Below, piece by piece: positions 53,490 to 63,237 of a stretch of DNA of 64,000 bases. Source of the stretch: Flavobacteriales bacterium. GTDB lineage: Bacteria; Bacteroidota; Bacteroidia; NS11-12g; UBA955. The notes under the pieces were generated by a model. That model searched no databases. It was not told where the DNA came from and worked only from the letters and a program-made list of their open reading frames with translations. Position 1 is the first letter of the stretch. The number at the start of each line of letters is the position of its first letter. The stretch is taken from positions 12,073-76,072 of the forward strand of contig CANHRE010000003.1 of the NCBI GenBank assembly GCA_947463095.1. The letters run 5' to 3'. The position numbers were made by a program, and so were the translations under genes.

Positions 53490-54752
53490 TTATTCTTTAA
53501 TCCATTTACAGGTATAAGCTTCTTTCCCCTTGCCGATACGCAGGTAGTAAAGTCCTGCTTTTAACTGCTGTATGGGTATTTCTGAAACCGGCCCATTTGT
53601 GAATCCGGAATCAAGTATCCTGCCTCCCTGGTCTGTGATTTGCCAGAAATCCTCCGGGTTACCCTTGGGCCTGCTCACATACAATGCCGCTCCCGATGCA
53701 TGTACCTTAAAGGAATTAAAAGGGTCTTCAAAAATCAACCTGCGGGTGCTGCCCAAATAAGCCGATAAAAATGCACGGAGGTCCAGCCGGTGTATCTTGG
53801 GAGTAATGGTGATGACTTGCTTCAGCTGTTCATTACTCACATAAACATCCAGACCGTTGTTCGTGGTAATTCCTTCTACCTGGTGAAAGGGTAGGTTCAT
53901 GTTGATTTTGCGCTTGTTTCCGCTGAAATAGCGCAGTCCTTCAAAGTCATACAGGAGGTAAATGAAGGGTTGCAGTGATTTACTGTATCCGCAGAGGACG
54001 ACCAGCTGTTGTCCTTGGAGCATCGAAGCACCTGTAATCAGCCCCTGCACGTCCAGCACGGCACGCAGTTTGGCCACATGCTTTCCTGGTGTGTTTGGCA
54101 GCACATAGCAGGCAGTCTTCTGGCTTAACCATTGTTTGGTAAACAGGTATAGGCTGTCGCCCGCGGCAACAAATGCTTCGCAGTCGTAGTCGGTGCTGTT
54201 GGCAGCCTGTTGGCTGAAATCCGTTTGGTCTTCATAGGTGAACCAAATGGTGTCGGCATGCAGGGTGCCGCTTTGTGCCGCAGGATCGGCAATACGCAGG
54301 ATGTTCAGGTTGCGGCGATTTCCGGAGCCGTTGTTGCCAAAGTCGCCGATATAGAAATACCGGTCATCGCGTGTAAGGTCTTCCCAGTCGTTGTTGCGCA
54401 CACCTGCAATGGCCTTGCTGTTCAGCATCGGGGCAACATCGGGCAACCAATACCAGAGTGCGGTATCCGAGTCGTCATTATGGCTCCATAAATAGCCCTT
54501 ATGCCATAAAAGACCGGAACTTTCAGTCAGCAAGGCTGGCAGGTTCAGCGAGGCAGCTGCATCCACGTTTGCGGCGGGGTAGCCGCAGGATCCGTCGTTC
54601 TTCGTGGCCGCAGGATTATAGTTGGAAGCCAGCGGATCGGTGCAGCCCGGTGTTTGCGCCTGCAATAGGCCGTATGGCATCGGACTCAGCAACTGCAAAC
54701 CTGTTCCGAGGAGCGCGATGAGCATCCGAAGCTTGACGGGGTTATTCTGCAT
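53490..54752 (-). CDS. Secreted hypothetical protein with a T9SS type A C-terminal sorting domain
   Basis: CTDPLASNYNPAATKNDGSCGY motif near the N-terminus. C-terminal ...IQQLKAGLYYLRIGKGKEAYTCKWIKE. The start is ambiguous: ATG 54752 overlaps the upstream gene by 11 nt, and 54725 is the alternative. Confidence 0.65.
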   Translation of the reverse strand: MQNNPVKLRMLIALLGTGLQLLSPMPYGLLQAQTPGCTDPLASNYNPAATKNDGSCGYPAANVDAAASLNLPALLTESSGLLWHKGYLWSHNDDSDTALWYWLPDVAPMLNSKAIAGVRNNDWEDLTRDDRYFYIGDFGNNGSGNRRNLNILRIADPAAQSGTLHADTIWFTYEDQTDFSQQAANSTDYDCEAFVAAGDSLYLFTKQWLSQKTACYVLPNTPGKHVAKLRAVLDVQGLITGASMLQGQQLVVLCGYSKSLQPFIYLLYDFEGLRYFSGNKRKINMNLPFHQVEGITTNNGLDVYVSNEQLKQVITITPKIHRLDLRAFLSAYLGSTRRLIFEDPFNSFKVHASGAALYVSRPKGNPEDFWQITDQGGRILDSGFTNGPVSEIPIQQLKAGLYYLRIGKGKEAYTCKWIKE

Positions 54753-57700
54753 AGTTGGTATATTCCCAATCATTTTCAGCATCACCAAACGAAGGTGCTA
54801 CCCAACGTTTTTTCTTTTCAAAGCGGTAACTGAGCAGCACATCGCCCATCTGCCTGTCGAGGCTGTAGGCCTGATTGATTTGTCTTCGTCCCGCTTCAGG
54901 ATGTTGCTTCATGGTTTTGGCATTTTGTTCCAACGGCAACCAAACCCAGGCCAGTTTTCCAGGCTTGCCGAAGTATTCATCTTCTTCGCGCAGGCGAAAG
55001 AAATACATATTGCCGTTTTGTTTCTTGTATTCCATGGGCTGCGACTTCAGAAATATCAAACTATCCTTGGCCCCCAACTCATCAAAGGTTATAAAGGCTT
55101 TAGCCAAATTCAAAGGGCCTTTCAGGCTGTCAGGAATCTGGTTGGCCTTGTTGTTCATCACCAGCATGCGCAAGGCTCCATAGCGCAGCAAGGGTTCTTT
55201 CAGGAAAAAGGGAATCAAGGTATCCGGGAGGCTTTTACCCTTGGTGAAGAGTTCTTCCGCCACCATAAGACAGAACATTTTATCTCTGGAGCCCAACAGG
55301 GGTAGGATGCGCTTATCCACATCGGGGTCGGGCATAAAGGGTTGAAGTAATTTTGCCAGGTCAAGCACGATGCCGGGCTGGTCGCTGACCGAACGCTCCT
55401 CAGAGAGGTAATTGCCGGTTCCTGAATAGCGATAGCGCAGCGCCGCATCAACATCTTTCTTTTCTTCCCGATATTCCCACCGATACCGGTCGCTCGATGT
55501 TTCTTCTGATTTCAGGCGTTTCCATCCGTCGCGCAGTTCCATGAGCAGCATTTTCTTAAACGCCGCATAATCTGTTGGCTTCAGGTATCCGCTGTCCAGG
55601 GCTTCAGCCGATATGCGCAACAAAGGTTCCTTGTAATCGGTGTAGCGAAGCAAATCATACAGGGCTGGCAGGGTGGCTGCATAGAGTTTCAGTGAATCAT
55701 GAAGCCCGAGCAGTACTTCCCGACCCAGATCTTCATTCTGGCCCAGTGGTGTTTCATCAATGATCAGTTCAGCATAGGCTTTTGCCGCTTCCCTGTTTTT
55801 CATGGAAGCCAGGGCATTGAGTATGTGAAGCTGAATATCAGTGGTATCTCCGGCCATCTGATAAAGCTTGCGCATATAGGGAATCAGCTCTGGATGTTTT
55901 AAGGTTCCCAGACTTGTAATGAGCTGGTGCCTGAAGTTCTGTTGCTTGGGATCAGCAGTTTTTTCGATCAGGCGCATGAGTTCCGTGGCCTGCTCATCTT
56001 TAGGGACAAAGTAATCTTCAGCCCATTCCTGACTGGTAGTTCTGATGGTACTGTCTGAGGAAGTCATCAGCCTCAGCAGTTCATCGCTGCGCCAGGCATA
56101 AATGGAAGGCTGGGTGAAGGTGTCAAAAGGTTTAAAGGTTTCATAATAGCGCTGCACGTAGGGCGAAAGTCCTTGAATGCTGTCGTAGGTGGTGGCCACG
56201 CACCAACTCATGCGCCCGCGCATGTACCAGCGTGCCTTGATGATGCGTGAAGAGCCGGTATCGCTGTATTCCAAATCCAGGAAGTCCCAGGAATCAATGC
56301 GGCCGCTTTTCTTGGAAACCACATAGAAGTTGTCTTCCAGGTTTTGCCTGATGCGTTTTCTCCAGATGCTGTCCAGGCTTACTTCCTGTTCGAAATAGTG
56401 GTACCTGCGGGCATAAACGGTAACAAATTCCCCGGTGCTGGCGGTGTAGGTCATGTTATCATTATTGCCCCGATAATGTTCCATAGAGTCTGGCTCATCT
56501 GCTCCGTAGCCGTAATTTTCCTTGATTCTGCTGAAATTGGGAATGGGCAGCGTTTGCGCACTGAACCAGTGCATGCTATCCTTTTGAAGGAAGAAAGGCT
56601 TTGCGTAGCTGAAGTCTTCCAGCCGGAAGCTTTCAAGAAACTCCTGATTGGATGTGGCCGTGGTTCCCCAGGCGTAAATCATGGGGCCTTGAATAAGCAG
56701 TCGCACCAGAGCAGCGTTGCCACTGGTTTTGGGTTTTAGCCTTGCTTCCATGCCAGCATGCCCCTGCTGGGTGAAGTAGCGGTGGCTCAGCACTGTACTT
56801 TTCAGGTTTTCGGCAAGGCCCTGTGCCAGCCAGTACAGTTCAAAACTGTCTTCTTCCACATAATCAACATCGGTATTGATGAGCCTTCGCAGAAAGTAGT
56901 AATCACCGTTTTTATCGCTTCCTTCCAGGTCGCGGTGGCCCGTCAGATAGGTGTTGGTGTCACCAAGTCCTTTTTTAAAGCTCAGCGTTTCAGGCCAGCG
57001 CAGTTGGTAACCGCCGCATTCAGGACTGTAGTTGGACCATTGCTGGCCGTTGGTTTCGGTAATTTTGAATGAGTTGAAAAAGGACTCTCCGTTTTTGCCG
57101 AACACATAATCTTTCTGTCCGCTCATCTTCACAAACCACAAGTAGGTAGGCGTGGCCACTACCAACAACCTCTGACCATTGCCCTGGGCGGTACGGTTGC
57201 GTATGTCCATGGCTGAAAAACCATTTCTGGTGATGTCACTTTTATTGATGATTTTACCGCGCACATATTCGAACAACAGACTGTCCACGCGCATCAGCAT
57301 GTGCGCCGGTGTTTGCCCGGTGAAGCGCCCATAGTAGGGTATTTTTGCTATGCTTATATAGGAACCATTTGCCGCATCGGGATGAAAATAACGGCAGCTG
57401 CCATTACTGTATCCTTCAATGGGAACTCCGGGTAATAAGGCTTCAAAGTCGCTGTTCACCGATTTATAAAGCACAGGATTCACTTTATATTCCAGGCCGT
57501 CGATGCGGTCTTTTTCCTTGCGTGCTTTTCCACTGCTTTTAGGGCTCACGGGCCTCACGGTATAACCCATCATGCGCAGCAGTTCTATCACACCGGTGTC
57601 GCCCGGCAGGTGTGAGGCCCCAACACCGGAAAACACACTTTTTCCGGAGCGGATGTATGCATCTATCCCTTTGGCCATCACTTTATTACGTTCATTCAAC

Positions 57701-58515
57701 ATCCATTTGCGGTAGTTTTTTCCGGGATTCAGCAGCCGGTCTAATGAATCCAGCAAATCCAGATCGCCCTGGCGGTAGGCATTTTCAATTTCTTCACCAA
57801 AGTTTATCTCCCATCGGTTGATCCGGGGGCGGTCTTCTTTATTCTCGTCCTTATCCGGTTTTTCGCTGCGGTTGACCATTTTACGCGATTCGCGAAAGTC
57901 TTCCAGTCCGGTAACGGTTTTCCCCAACTTCTTGCCAGCCTGGTAGATGAACAGATCCAGGTAGGTGTCTTCGCTGAAGTCGCCGCTGCGGTCATCTTTT
58001 CGGTACAGCATGGAATTGGCCAGGTTTTCTTCCCGGCTGATGATGCGCGCCAGGGTGCGGTTTTGCGGATGGGTCAGGCTTAAGGCATCCTTGTAGTCGC
58101 CGCGGTCTAGGTTGGTCCACCAGTCTGTCCAAGGAAAAACACCGCTTTGGTCTTCGGCAAGGTGGTTAATCCAGGTTCCGGGATCACTTTCCAGAGCTAC
58201 CACATCGGCTCCTTTCAAGCCCATGAAAAAAGTATCACTCAGCCGGAATGCCAGCTTTCGGCTCACGTGCATCGTACCATACAGGTAACTTTTCTTTTTT
58301 GCGCCATTGCCGGAAATTTCCCAAAGCAGGGAAGGATATTTCTTTGCATGGGCCGGCGCAACAGGATCTGATGTGATTGCCAGCACGGGGCTGGTGGTAT
58401 CGGTAACCCAAATCTGAGGTTCCTCATTCTTTTGCCCCCGGGCTTCTATACTTATGAACAACAACATCAAAGCATGCAGCAAGATGCCGGTAATAATCTG
58501 TTTTGAACGCTTCAT
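54742..58515 (-). CDS. Giant (1257 aa) secreted protein with an N-terminal TraB/GumN-family domain and an uncharacterised C-terminal region of about 900 aa
   Basis: PSLLWEISGNGAKKKSYLYGTMHVSRK...ADVVALESD...VGASHLPGDTGVIELLRMMGYTVRPV bracket a TraB/GumN domain. I could not assign the remainder. Confidence 0.7.
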   Translation of the reverse strand: MKRSKQIITGILLHALMLLFISIEARGQKNEEPQIWVTDTTSPVLAITSDPVAPAHAKKYPSLLWEISGNGAKKKSYLYGTMHVSRKLAFRLSDTFFMGLKGADVVALESDPGTWINHLAEDQSGVFPWTDWWTNLDRGDYKDALSLTHPQNRTLARIISREENLANSMLYRKDDRSGDFSEDTYLDLFIYQAGKKLGKTVTGLEDFRESRKMVNRSEKPDKDENKEDRPRINRWEINFGEEIENAYRQGDLDLLDSLDRLLNPGKNYRKWMLNERNKVMAKGIDAYIRSGKSVFSGVGASHLPGDTGVIELLRMMGYTVRPVSPKSSGKARKEKDRIDGLEYKVNPVLYKSVNSDFEALLPGVPIEGYSNGSCRYFHPDAANGSYISIAKIPYYGRFTGQTPAHMLMRVDSLLFEYVRGKIINKSDITRNGFSAMDIRNRTAQGNGQRLLVVATPTYLWFVKMSGQKDYVFGKNGESFFNSFKITETNGQQWSNYSPECGGYQLRWPETLSFKKGLGDTNTYLTGHRDLEGSDKNGDYYFLRRLINTDVDYVEEDSFELYWLAQGLAENLKSTVLSHRYFTQQGHAGMEARLKPKTSGNAALVRLLIQGPMIYAWGTTATSNQEFLESFRLEDFSYAKPFFLQKDSMHWFSAQTLPIPNFSRIKENYGYGADEPDSMEHYRGNNDNMTYTASTGEFVTVYARRYHYFEQEVSLDSIWRKRIRQNLEDNFYVVSKKSGRIDSWDFLDLEYSDTGSSRIIKARWYMRGRMSWCVATTYDSIQGLSPYVQRYYETFKPFDTFTQPSIYAWRSDELLRLMTSSDSTIRTTSQEWAEDYFVPKDEQATELMRLIEKTADPKQQNFRHQLITSLGTLKHPELIPYMRKLYQMAGDTTDIQLHILNALASMKNREAAKAYAELIIDETPLGQNEDLGREVLLGLHDSLKLYAATLPALYDLLRYTDYKEPLLRISAEALDSGYLKPTDYAAFKKMLLMELRDGWKRLKSEETSSDRYRWEYREEKKDVDAALRYRYSGTGNYLSEERSVSDQPGIVLDLAKLLQPFMPDPDVDKRILPLLGSRDKMFCLMVAEELFTKGKSLPDTLIPFFLKEPLLRYGALRMLVMNNKANQIPDSLKGPLNLAKAFITFDELGAKDSLIFLKSQPMEYKKQNGNMYFFRLREEDEYFGKPGKLAWVWLPLEQNAKTMKQHPEAGRRQINQAYSLDRQMGDVLLSYRFEKKKRWVAPSFGDAENDWEYTNYAE

Positions 58516-58559
58516 CCTGATAACAAATATGGCTATAAACGCCCTGCATTGGGCTGTTT

Positions 58560-61142
58560 ATGCTGCAATTCCATAAAAAAAATAGGCTAATGCGCAGAAG
58601 GTTGTTTTTTTGCAGGTTCATGCATGCATTTCTTACATCGGACAGATCAGGCAAGATTCAATTATGCCCTCTGGTTTTGTTTTTCATGGTGCTTTTTTCA
58701 AACGCAGCACAAGCGCAGGTTTGGGTGCTGCACGGAAGAGTCATTGCCGCAGAAACCCGCGAACCACTTGCTTATGCTACAGTGGTACTCGGGGATTATA
58801 AGGAAATTGTACGCACTGATTTTGAAGGCTATTACGAGCTGCGCACCGCAAAAAGGGCTGATTCGCTTTGGTGCAGCTATACGGGCTACCAGCGCCTTAG
58901 CCTGCCGCTGCGCGATACTGCAGCAATGCTGGAGCTCAATTTTGAACTGCTTCGACGTGAAGTGAATGACCAGGAAGTGGTGATTCGTGTGAAAGGAAAT
59001 CCCGCAGAACGCATCATCAAAAAGGCGTCGGAGTTTCGTGAAATCAATGACCCGGACAAGCTGGAGCAATGGGAGTGCGAGAGTTTTACGCGCATCACCA
59101 TAGCAGTAAACAACATTTCCGAAGGCATTAAAAAGCGCAAGTTGGGTCAGCAGATAGGTCCTTTGTTTGATACCATTTCCATTCTCAGCGCCGACAGCCA
59201 GAAATCCGTTTTGCCTGTTTTTATGAGTGAGTCGCTCAGCGATTACTTCTACAACCGAAATCCGAAAATATGGAAGGAACAAATCAGGGCTACCCGGGTG
59301 AAGGGCGTGGGTATACAGGATGGTACCCTGGTGGCCCAGGTTCTGGGCTCTTCGTTTGTGAGCTATAACTTCTACCAGAATACGGTGGTACTGCTGGATA
59401 AGGGGCTGGTATCACCCATCAGCGCGGCAGCGCTGACCGTTTACTCGGTGAAGATTGCAGATGTGGATGATTCGGGTCCACGGAAGATTTACAACATTAA
59501 AATCAAGCCCCGTAACCCTAAAGACCTGGCCTTCAGCGGCAATGTATGGATAGAAGATTCCAGTTTTGCCTTGATGCGTCTGGCTTTGGAGGTGAACAAT
59601 TCTTCCAACCTGAATTATGTAGAGAAATTCAAGATTACCCAGGAATATGAACCTACCGAAGCCGGCGCCTGGATCAATACAAAAAGCCGCATACTGGTGG
59701 ATGTGGTGGAGGTCAATACCAAAGCAGCAGGTTTGGTGGCCACGTCAACCACTACCTATCGGAACATTAAAGTTAACCAAGGCCGCCCCATGTCATTTTA
59801 CGCAGAGAAGGTGGGCCTTTCGGGACAGGTGCTGAATAAACCGGATTCCTTTTGGACGCAGGCGCGACACGAACCTATGAGTGGGGTGGAGCAAAGGGTG
59901 TTTAACAAAATTGATACCCTGGTGAACCTGCCCATCATGCGCACCTATGTTGATGTGGTGAACTTCTTGGTGGACGGTTACGTGAAGAAGGACGGAATAG
60001 GTATCGGGCCTTACCAGTATTTGTTCAGTTACAATCCCTGGGAGGGGTTCCGAAACAGGGTGGGCTTTGAAACCAACATCCACTTTTCCAACAAATGGTT
60101 GCTAAAAGGCTTCGGCGCATATGGCTACCGCGACCAACGATTTAAGTACGAGCTGAAGGCTACCTACATCATGGACCGCAAAAAGTGGACTACCTTCACC
60201 GCTTACCGCAGGGCAGACGTAGATCAAATTGGCATTACCGATGTTGACTTCGGAAGCAGCATGTTCACGGCCTTTAACTTGCTTACCAGCAATCAGCTCA
60301 ACTTCACCACCGAGAATGTGTTCAAATGGGGCAGTGATGTTTCCCGGGGCCTGCGCATGAATATTAGCCTGCGCACCCGCGATTACCAGTTCAAGCCCTT
60401 GGGCAATTATGTATTTGCCTACATCAGGGATGCGAAAGATACGGTGAACCGGTTCAACACGACCACCATGAGCATTGATTTCCGCTTTGCCCCGCGCGAT
60501 TATTTCTTGGTGAACGACAACGAGCGCATCCAGGTACATGCAGAAGGCCTTGTATTCTATCTGAACTATACCCACGGTTTCAGAAATTTCCTGGGCGGTG
60601 AATTCAATTATGATAAAATAAAGGCTTCCGCCGATTACACCAAAACCTGGGGTTTCGCCGGTCGCACCCATATGGTGGCGGAATTCACCCAGACTTTTCA
60701 GGCCCTGCCTTATCCACTGCTGAATGTCCACGTAGGCAACCAGTCTTTCGTTTACAGCCAAAGGGCTTACAATCAGATGAACCTGTTTGAATTCATTACT
60801 GACCGAAGTATAGCCGTAGCGGTCGATCACCACCTGGGTGGGCTGATTTGCAATCGACTGCCCTTAATACGCAACCTGAAATGGAGGGAGGTCATTACGG
60901 CGAAGGCAATCTATGGAACCCTCAACAGCCGCAATCTTGCCTTGCAGCCAAGCCGCTTCGATGGCCTTGACGTTACGCCTTTTACCACGTTCAACAACAG
61001 TGATCCATACCTGGAACTGGGTTACGGCATAGAGAACATCCTGAAATTCTTCCGCATAGATGCAGTGCACCGGTTAACCTACCGCACAGCTGCGGGAGCG
61101 CGGAATTTTGGGGTGAAGTTGAGTTTTGGGGTGAATTTTTGA
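58560..61142 (+). CDS. Carboxypeptidase-regulatory-like-domain protein with a large DUF5686-like, probably outer-membrane beta-barrel region
   Basis: HGRVIAAETREPLAYATVVLGDYKEIVRTDFEGYYEL (CarboxypepD_reg-like). Aromatic-rich alternating C-terminus ending ...KLSFGVNF. In-frame ATGs at 58590 and 58620 are alternative starts. Confidence 0.65.
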   Translation: MLQFHKKNRLMRRRLFFCRFMHAFLTSDRSGKIQLCPLVLFFMVLFSNAAQAQVWVLHGRVIAAETREPLAYATVVLGDYKEIVRTDFEGYYELRTAKRADSLWCSYTGYQRLSLPLRDTAAMLELNFELLRREVNDQEVVIRVKGNPAERIIKKASEFREINDPDKLEQWECESFTRITIAVNNISEGIKKRKLGQQIGPLFDTISILSADSQKSVLPVFMSESLSDYFYNRNPKIWKEQIRATRVKGVGIQDGTLVAQVLGSSFVSYNFYQNTVVLLDKGLVSPISAAALTVYSVKIADVDDSGPRKIYNIKIKPRNPKDLAFSGNVWIEDSSFALMRLALEVNNSSNLNYVEKFKITQEYEPTEAGAWINTKSRILVDVVEVNTKAAGLVATSTTTYRNIKVNQGRPMSFYAEKVGLSGQVLNKPDSFWTQARHEPMSGVEQRVFNKIDTLVNLPIMRTYVDVVNFLVDGYVKKDGIGIGPYQYLFSYNPWEGFRNRVGFETNIHFSNKWLLKGFGAYGYRDQRFKYELKATYIMDRKKWTTFTAYRRADVDQIGITDVDFGSSMFTAFNLLTSNQLNFTTENVFKWGSDVSRGLRMNISLRTRDYQFKPLGNYVFAYIRDAKDTVNRFNTTTMSIDFRFAPRDYFLVNDNERIQVHAEGLVFYLNYTHGFRNFLGGEFNYDKIKASADYTKTWGFAGRTHMVAEFTQTFQALPYPLLNVHVGNQSFVYSQRAYNQMNLFEFITDRSIAVAVDHHLGGLICNRLPLIRNLKWREVITAKAIYGTLNSRNLALQPSRFDGLDVTPFTTFNNSDPYLELGYGIENILKFFRIDAVHRLTYRTAAGARNFGVKLSFGVNF

Positions 61143-61148
61143 TGTGCT

Positions 61149-61796
61149 TCAAACCATGCGGGCCATGGTTTCCGGGCTTAGTTGCTGCATAATTTGTTGC
61201 TTCATGGCCTCTACATGGGCATCCGGAACTCCGTTGTTGTGCACAATCAAGTCGCAGGAATCCCTCCAGGGCAGCACATACTGCTGATAGCCGGGCATCA
61301 CATGATTATGCCATTGATATTGGCTGCGTTCCAGCGCGATGCCCCGTTCCCGGGTATCTCGATCCAGCCTGCGCTGCAGTGATAATGCCAAATCCGATTC
61401 AATAAAAAAACGCAGCGACATCTGGTTGCGCACCTCAGGGAAGTGGAAAACAAACAAGCCTTCTGCAATAACGATGGGTGCCGGATCCAGCTGGATGAAC
61501 TGCTCCTCAACACCAAAATTCTCAAATTGATATTTGCGAAGCATCACCGGACGACCCATAAGCAGCTGTTCCACATCGGTGATAAATCGATCGTATTCCA
61601 GGGCGTCGGGCAGGTCAAAATTGGTTACGCCCTGTTCATCCTGAACCTGTTGCTCATAGGGTTTGTAATAATCGTCCATGGAAATAAAGCAGGCATTGGC
61701 TCCCAGCGCCGCTTTCAGGTGGCTGAGCATAAACGTCTTGCCGCTGCCGCTCAGTCCGCTGATGCCCACCAGCATGGAATCAGGATTCCTTTGCAT
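61149..61796 (-). CDS. udk: Uridine kinase family P-loop kinase
   Basis: VGISGLSGSGKTF, MDDYYK, NFDLPDALE, IAEGLF and RRLDRDTRERG are collinear with E. coli Udk motifs. Confidence 0.7.
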   Translation of the reverse strand: MQRNPDSMLVGISGLSGSGKTFMLSHLKAALGANACFISMDDYYKPYEQQVQDEQGVTNFDLPDALEYDRFITDVEQLLMGRPVMLRKYQFENFGVEEQFIQLDPAPIVIAEGLFVFHFPEVRNQMSLRFFIESDLALSLQRRLDRDTRERGIALERSQYQWHNHVMPGYQQYVLPWRDSCDLIVHNNGVPDAHVEAMKQQIMQQLSPETMARMV

Positions 61797-62827
61797 CAGA
61801 TTTTCTTAAAGATCTTTTCTTCCAGCAGGTTGCCGTTGTCATCAAATACCTGCTTCATCAGCTTGCGTCCTTGGGAGTCATAATACCACCAGGTACCAAT
61901 TTGGATTCCTTCGTCATACTCACCTTCGCGCCACTGGTAATGGCTTTCCTTACCATAAATCCAGTAGCCGTGCGGTTTGCCGTTTTGGTATGCGCCTTCT
62001 ATTTCCCTTTTACCGTTCAGCCAGCTGATGTAAGGACCGTTCCTTTGGTTGTTGCGCCAGGTTTCCAGCGTGAGAGAATCTCCCAGGAAGTCGAATTGCA
62101 TAAACACACCTTCTTTAGCGCCCTTGCGATAGTAGCCGCTTTTAATTAGTTGGCAGCGAAGGTTATCATATACCCGATGCGCGCTGTCCTGCATGCCGTT
62201 CTTATAATAAGCTTCTTCTGCCATGCAGCCGGTATTGTGCCATTGGTAGGCCGATCCTTCCCGCACCCCTCGATTGTAGTGGATGATGCTCCTTATGGAG
62301 CTGTCGGCGTAGTAGTTGTACATGGCGCCGTGGGGCTTTCCGCCCACCAGTTGACAAACCTGCTCCGGAGCGCCGTTGTTGAACCAGGTGAGTATACGTC
62401 CGGTGCGCACTCCCTGATCATAAATATGAAGGTATTGCAAGTTCCCGTTCTGATACCAGCACCATAAGGTATCCTGCAATACATTGCGTACATAGGTACC
62501 CTTCAGCTTGGATTGTCCGTTCCTGTAGTAATAGGTGAAGCCTCCGTAGCGCTGGTTTTCTTTAAAGGTGATGCGTGCATGTACGCCCGCTCCTTGATAA
62601 TATTCAGTTTTCACCCCGTCTATTAACCCGTTTTTCCACCATACTTCTTCCCGCATGGTTTGGTCGTCATAGGTGCTCACCGAAACGCCGTTAAAGGGCT
62701 TTCCCTTAAAAAAGGCGGTTTCATCTTTAATGGTCAGACCCTCAAATTTGATGCGGGTTTGCGCATTCAGCAACAAATTAAGGGTGCCTGAAACAAGCAG
62801 CAGAAGGAAACGGAAACGGTTCTTCAT
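61796..62827 (-). CDS. Secreted MORN-variant repeat protein (YwqK-family repeat architecture)
   Basis: Signal peptide MKNRFRFLLLLVSGTLNLLLNAQ. About 10 repeats of the G.....Y..NG....g.Y..G...G.W type (WWKNGLIDGVKTEYYQ, WYQNGNLQY and others). Confidence 0.65.
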   Translation of the reverse strand: MKNRFRFLLLLVSGTLNLLLNAQTRIKFEGLTIKDETAFFKGKPFNGVSVSTYDDQTMREEVWWKNGLIDGVKTEYYQGAGVHARITFKENQRYGGFTYYYRNGQSKLKGTYVRNVLQDTLWCWYQNGNLQYLHIYDQGVRTGRILTWFNNGAPEQVCQLVGGKPHGAMYNYYADSSIRSIIHYNRGVREGSAYQWHNTGCMAEEAYYKNGMQDSAHRVYDNLRCQLIKSGYYRKGAKEGVFMQFDFLGDSLTLETWRNNQRNGPYISWLNGKREIEGAYQNGKPHGYWIYGKESHYQWREGEYDEGIQIGTWWYYDSQGRKLMKQVFDDNGNLLEEKIFKKI

Positions 62828-62853
62828 TTGTTTTCAAAATTAAGCAGCCGGGT

Positions 62854-62861
62854 TACCTTTG
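62854..62861 (+). promoter_or_regulatory. Bacteroidota -7 box TACCTTTG upstream of the yjbR-like gene
   Basis: Exact TAnnTTTG match, 22 nt upstream of the TTG start at 62884. Confidence 0.4.
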
Positions 62862-62883
62862 TCATCACATAAAATTCCACGTT

Positions 62884-63237
62884 TTGCATCTGGAGTGGAT
62901 AAGAGATACATGCCTAGGGTTTCCGAATGTTACGGAGGATTTCCCTTTTGACAACACGGTACTGGTTTTTCGCATCGGCGGAAAAATATTTGCGTTGATT
63001 AGCATCATTGAACCAAACAGCATCAACCTAAAGGCAGACCCTGAACGTTCCGGTCAATGGCGGGCCGAATTCCATCAGGTACAACCAGGGTTTCACATGA
63101 ACAAAAAACATTGGAACACCGTTTATTTTGAAGGGCTGCCTGAAGTTCTTATAAAGGAAATGATGGAACATTCTTACCAAATGGTCTTTGAGCAACTCCC
63201 ATTGAAACTGCGCAAAATAATCAGAGCAATACCATGA
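62884..63237 (+). CDS. MmcQ/YjbR family DNA-binding protein
   Basis: LEWIRDTCLGFPNVTEDFPFDNTVLVFRIGGKIFA...HMNKKHWNTV is the family signature. TTG start. Confidence 0.75.
   Translation: MHLEWIRDTCLGFPNVTEDFPFDNTVLVFRIGGKIFALISIIEPNSINLKADPERSGQWRAEFHQVQPGFHMNKKHWNTVYFEGLPEVLIKEMMEHSYQMVFEQLPLKLRKIIRAIP

Noticed and set aside
61796-62827. A YwqK-family protein as half of a toxin-antitoxin or immunity pair
   Set aside because: The protein has a clear signal peptide, and no deaminase, nuclease or LXG/Rhs-type toxin gene is adjacent. MORN-variant repeat proteins of this kind appear to be ordinary secreted proteins here.
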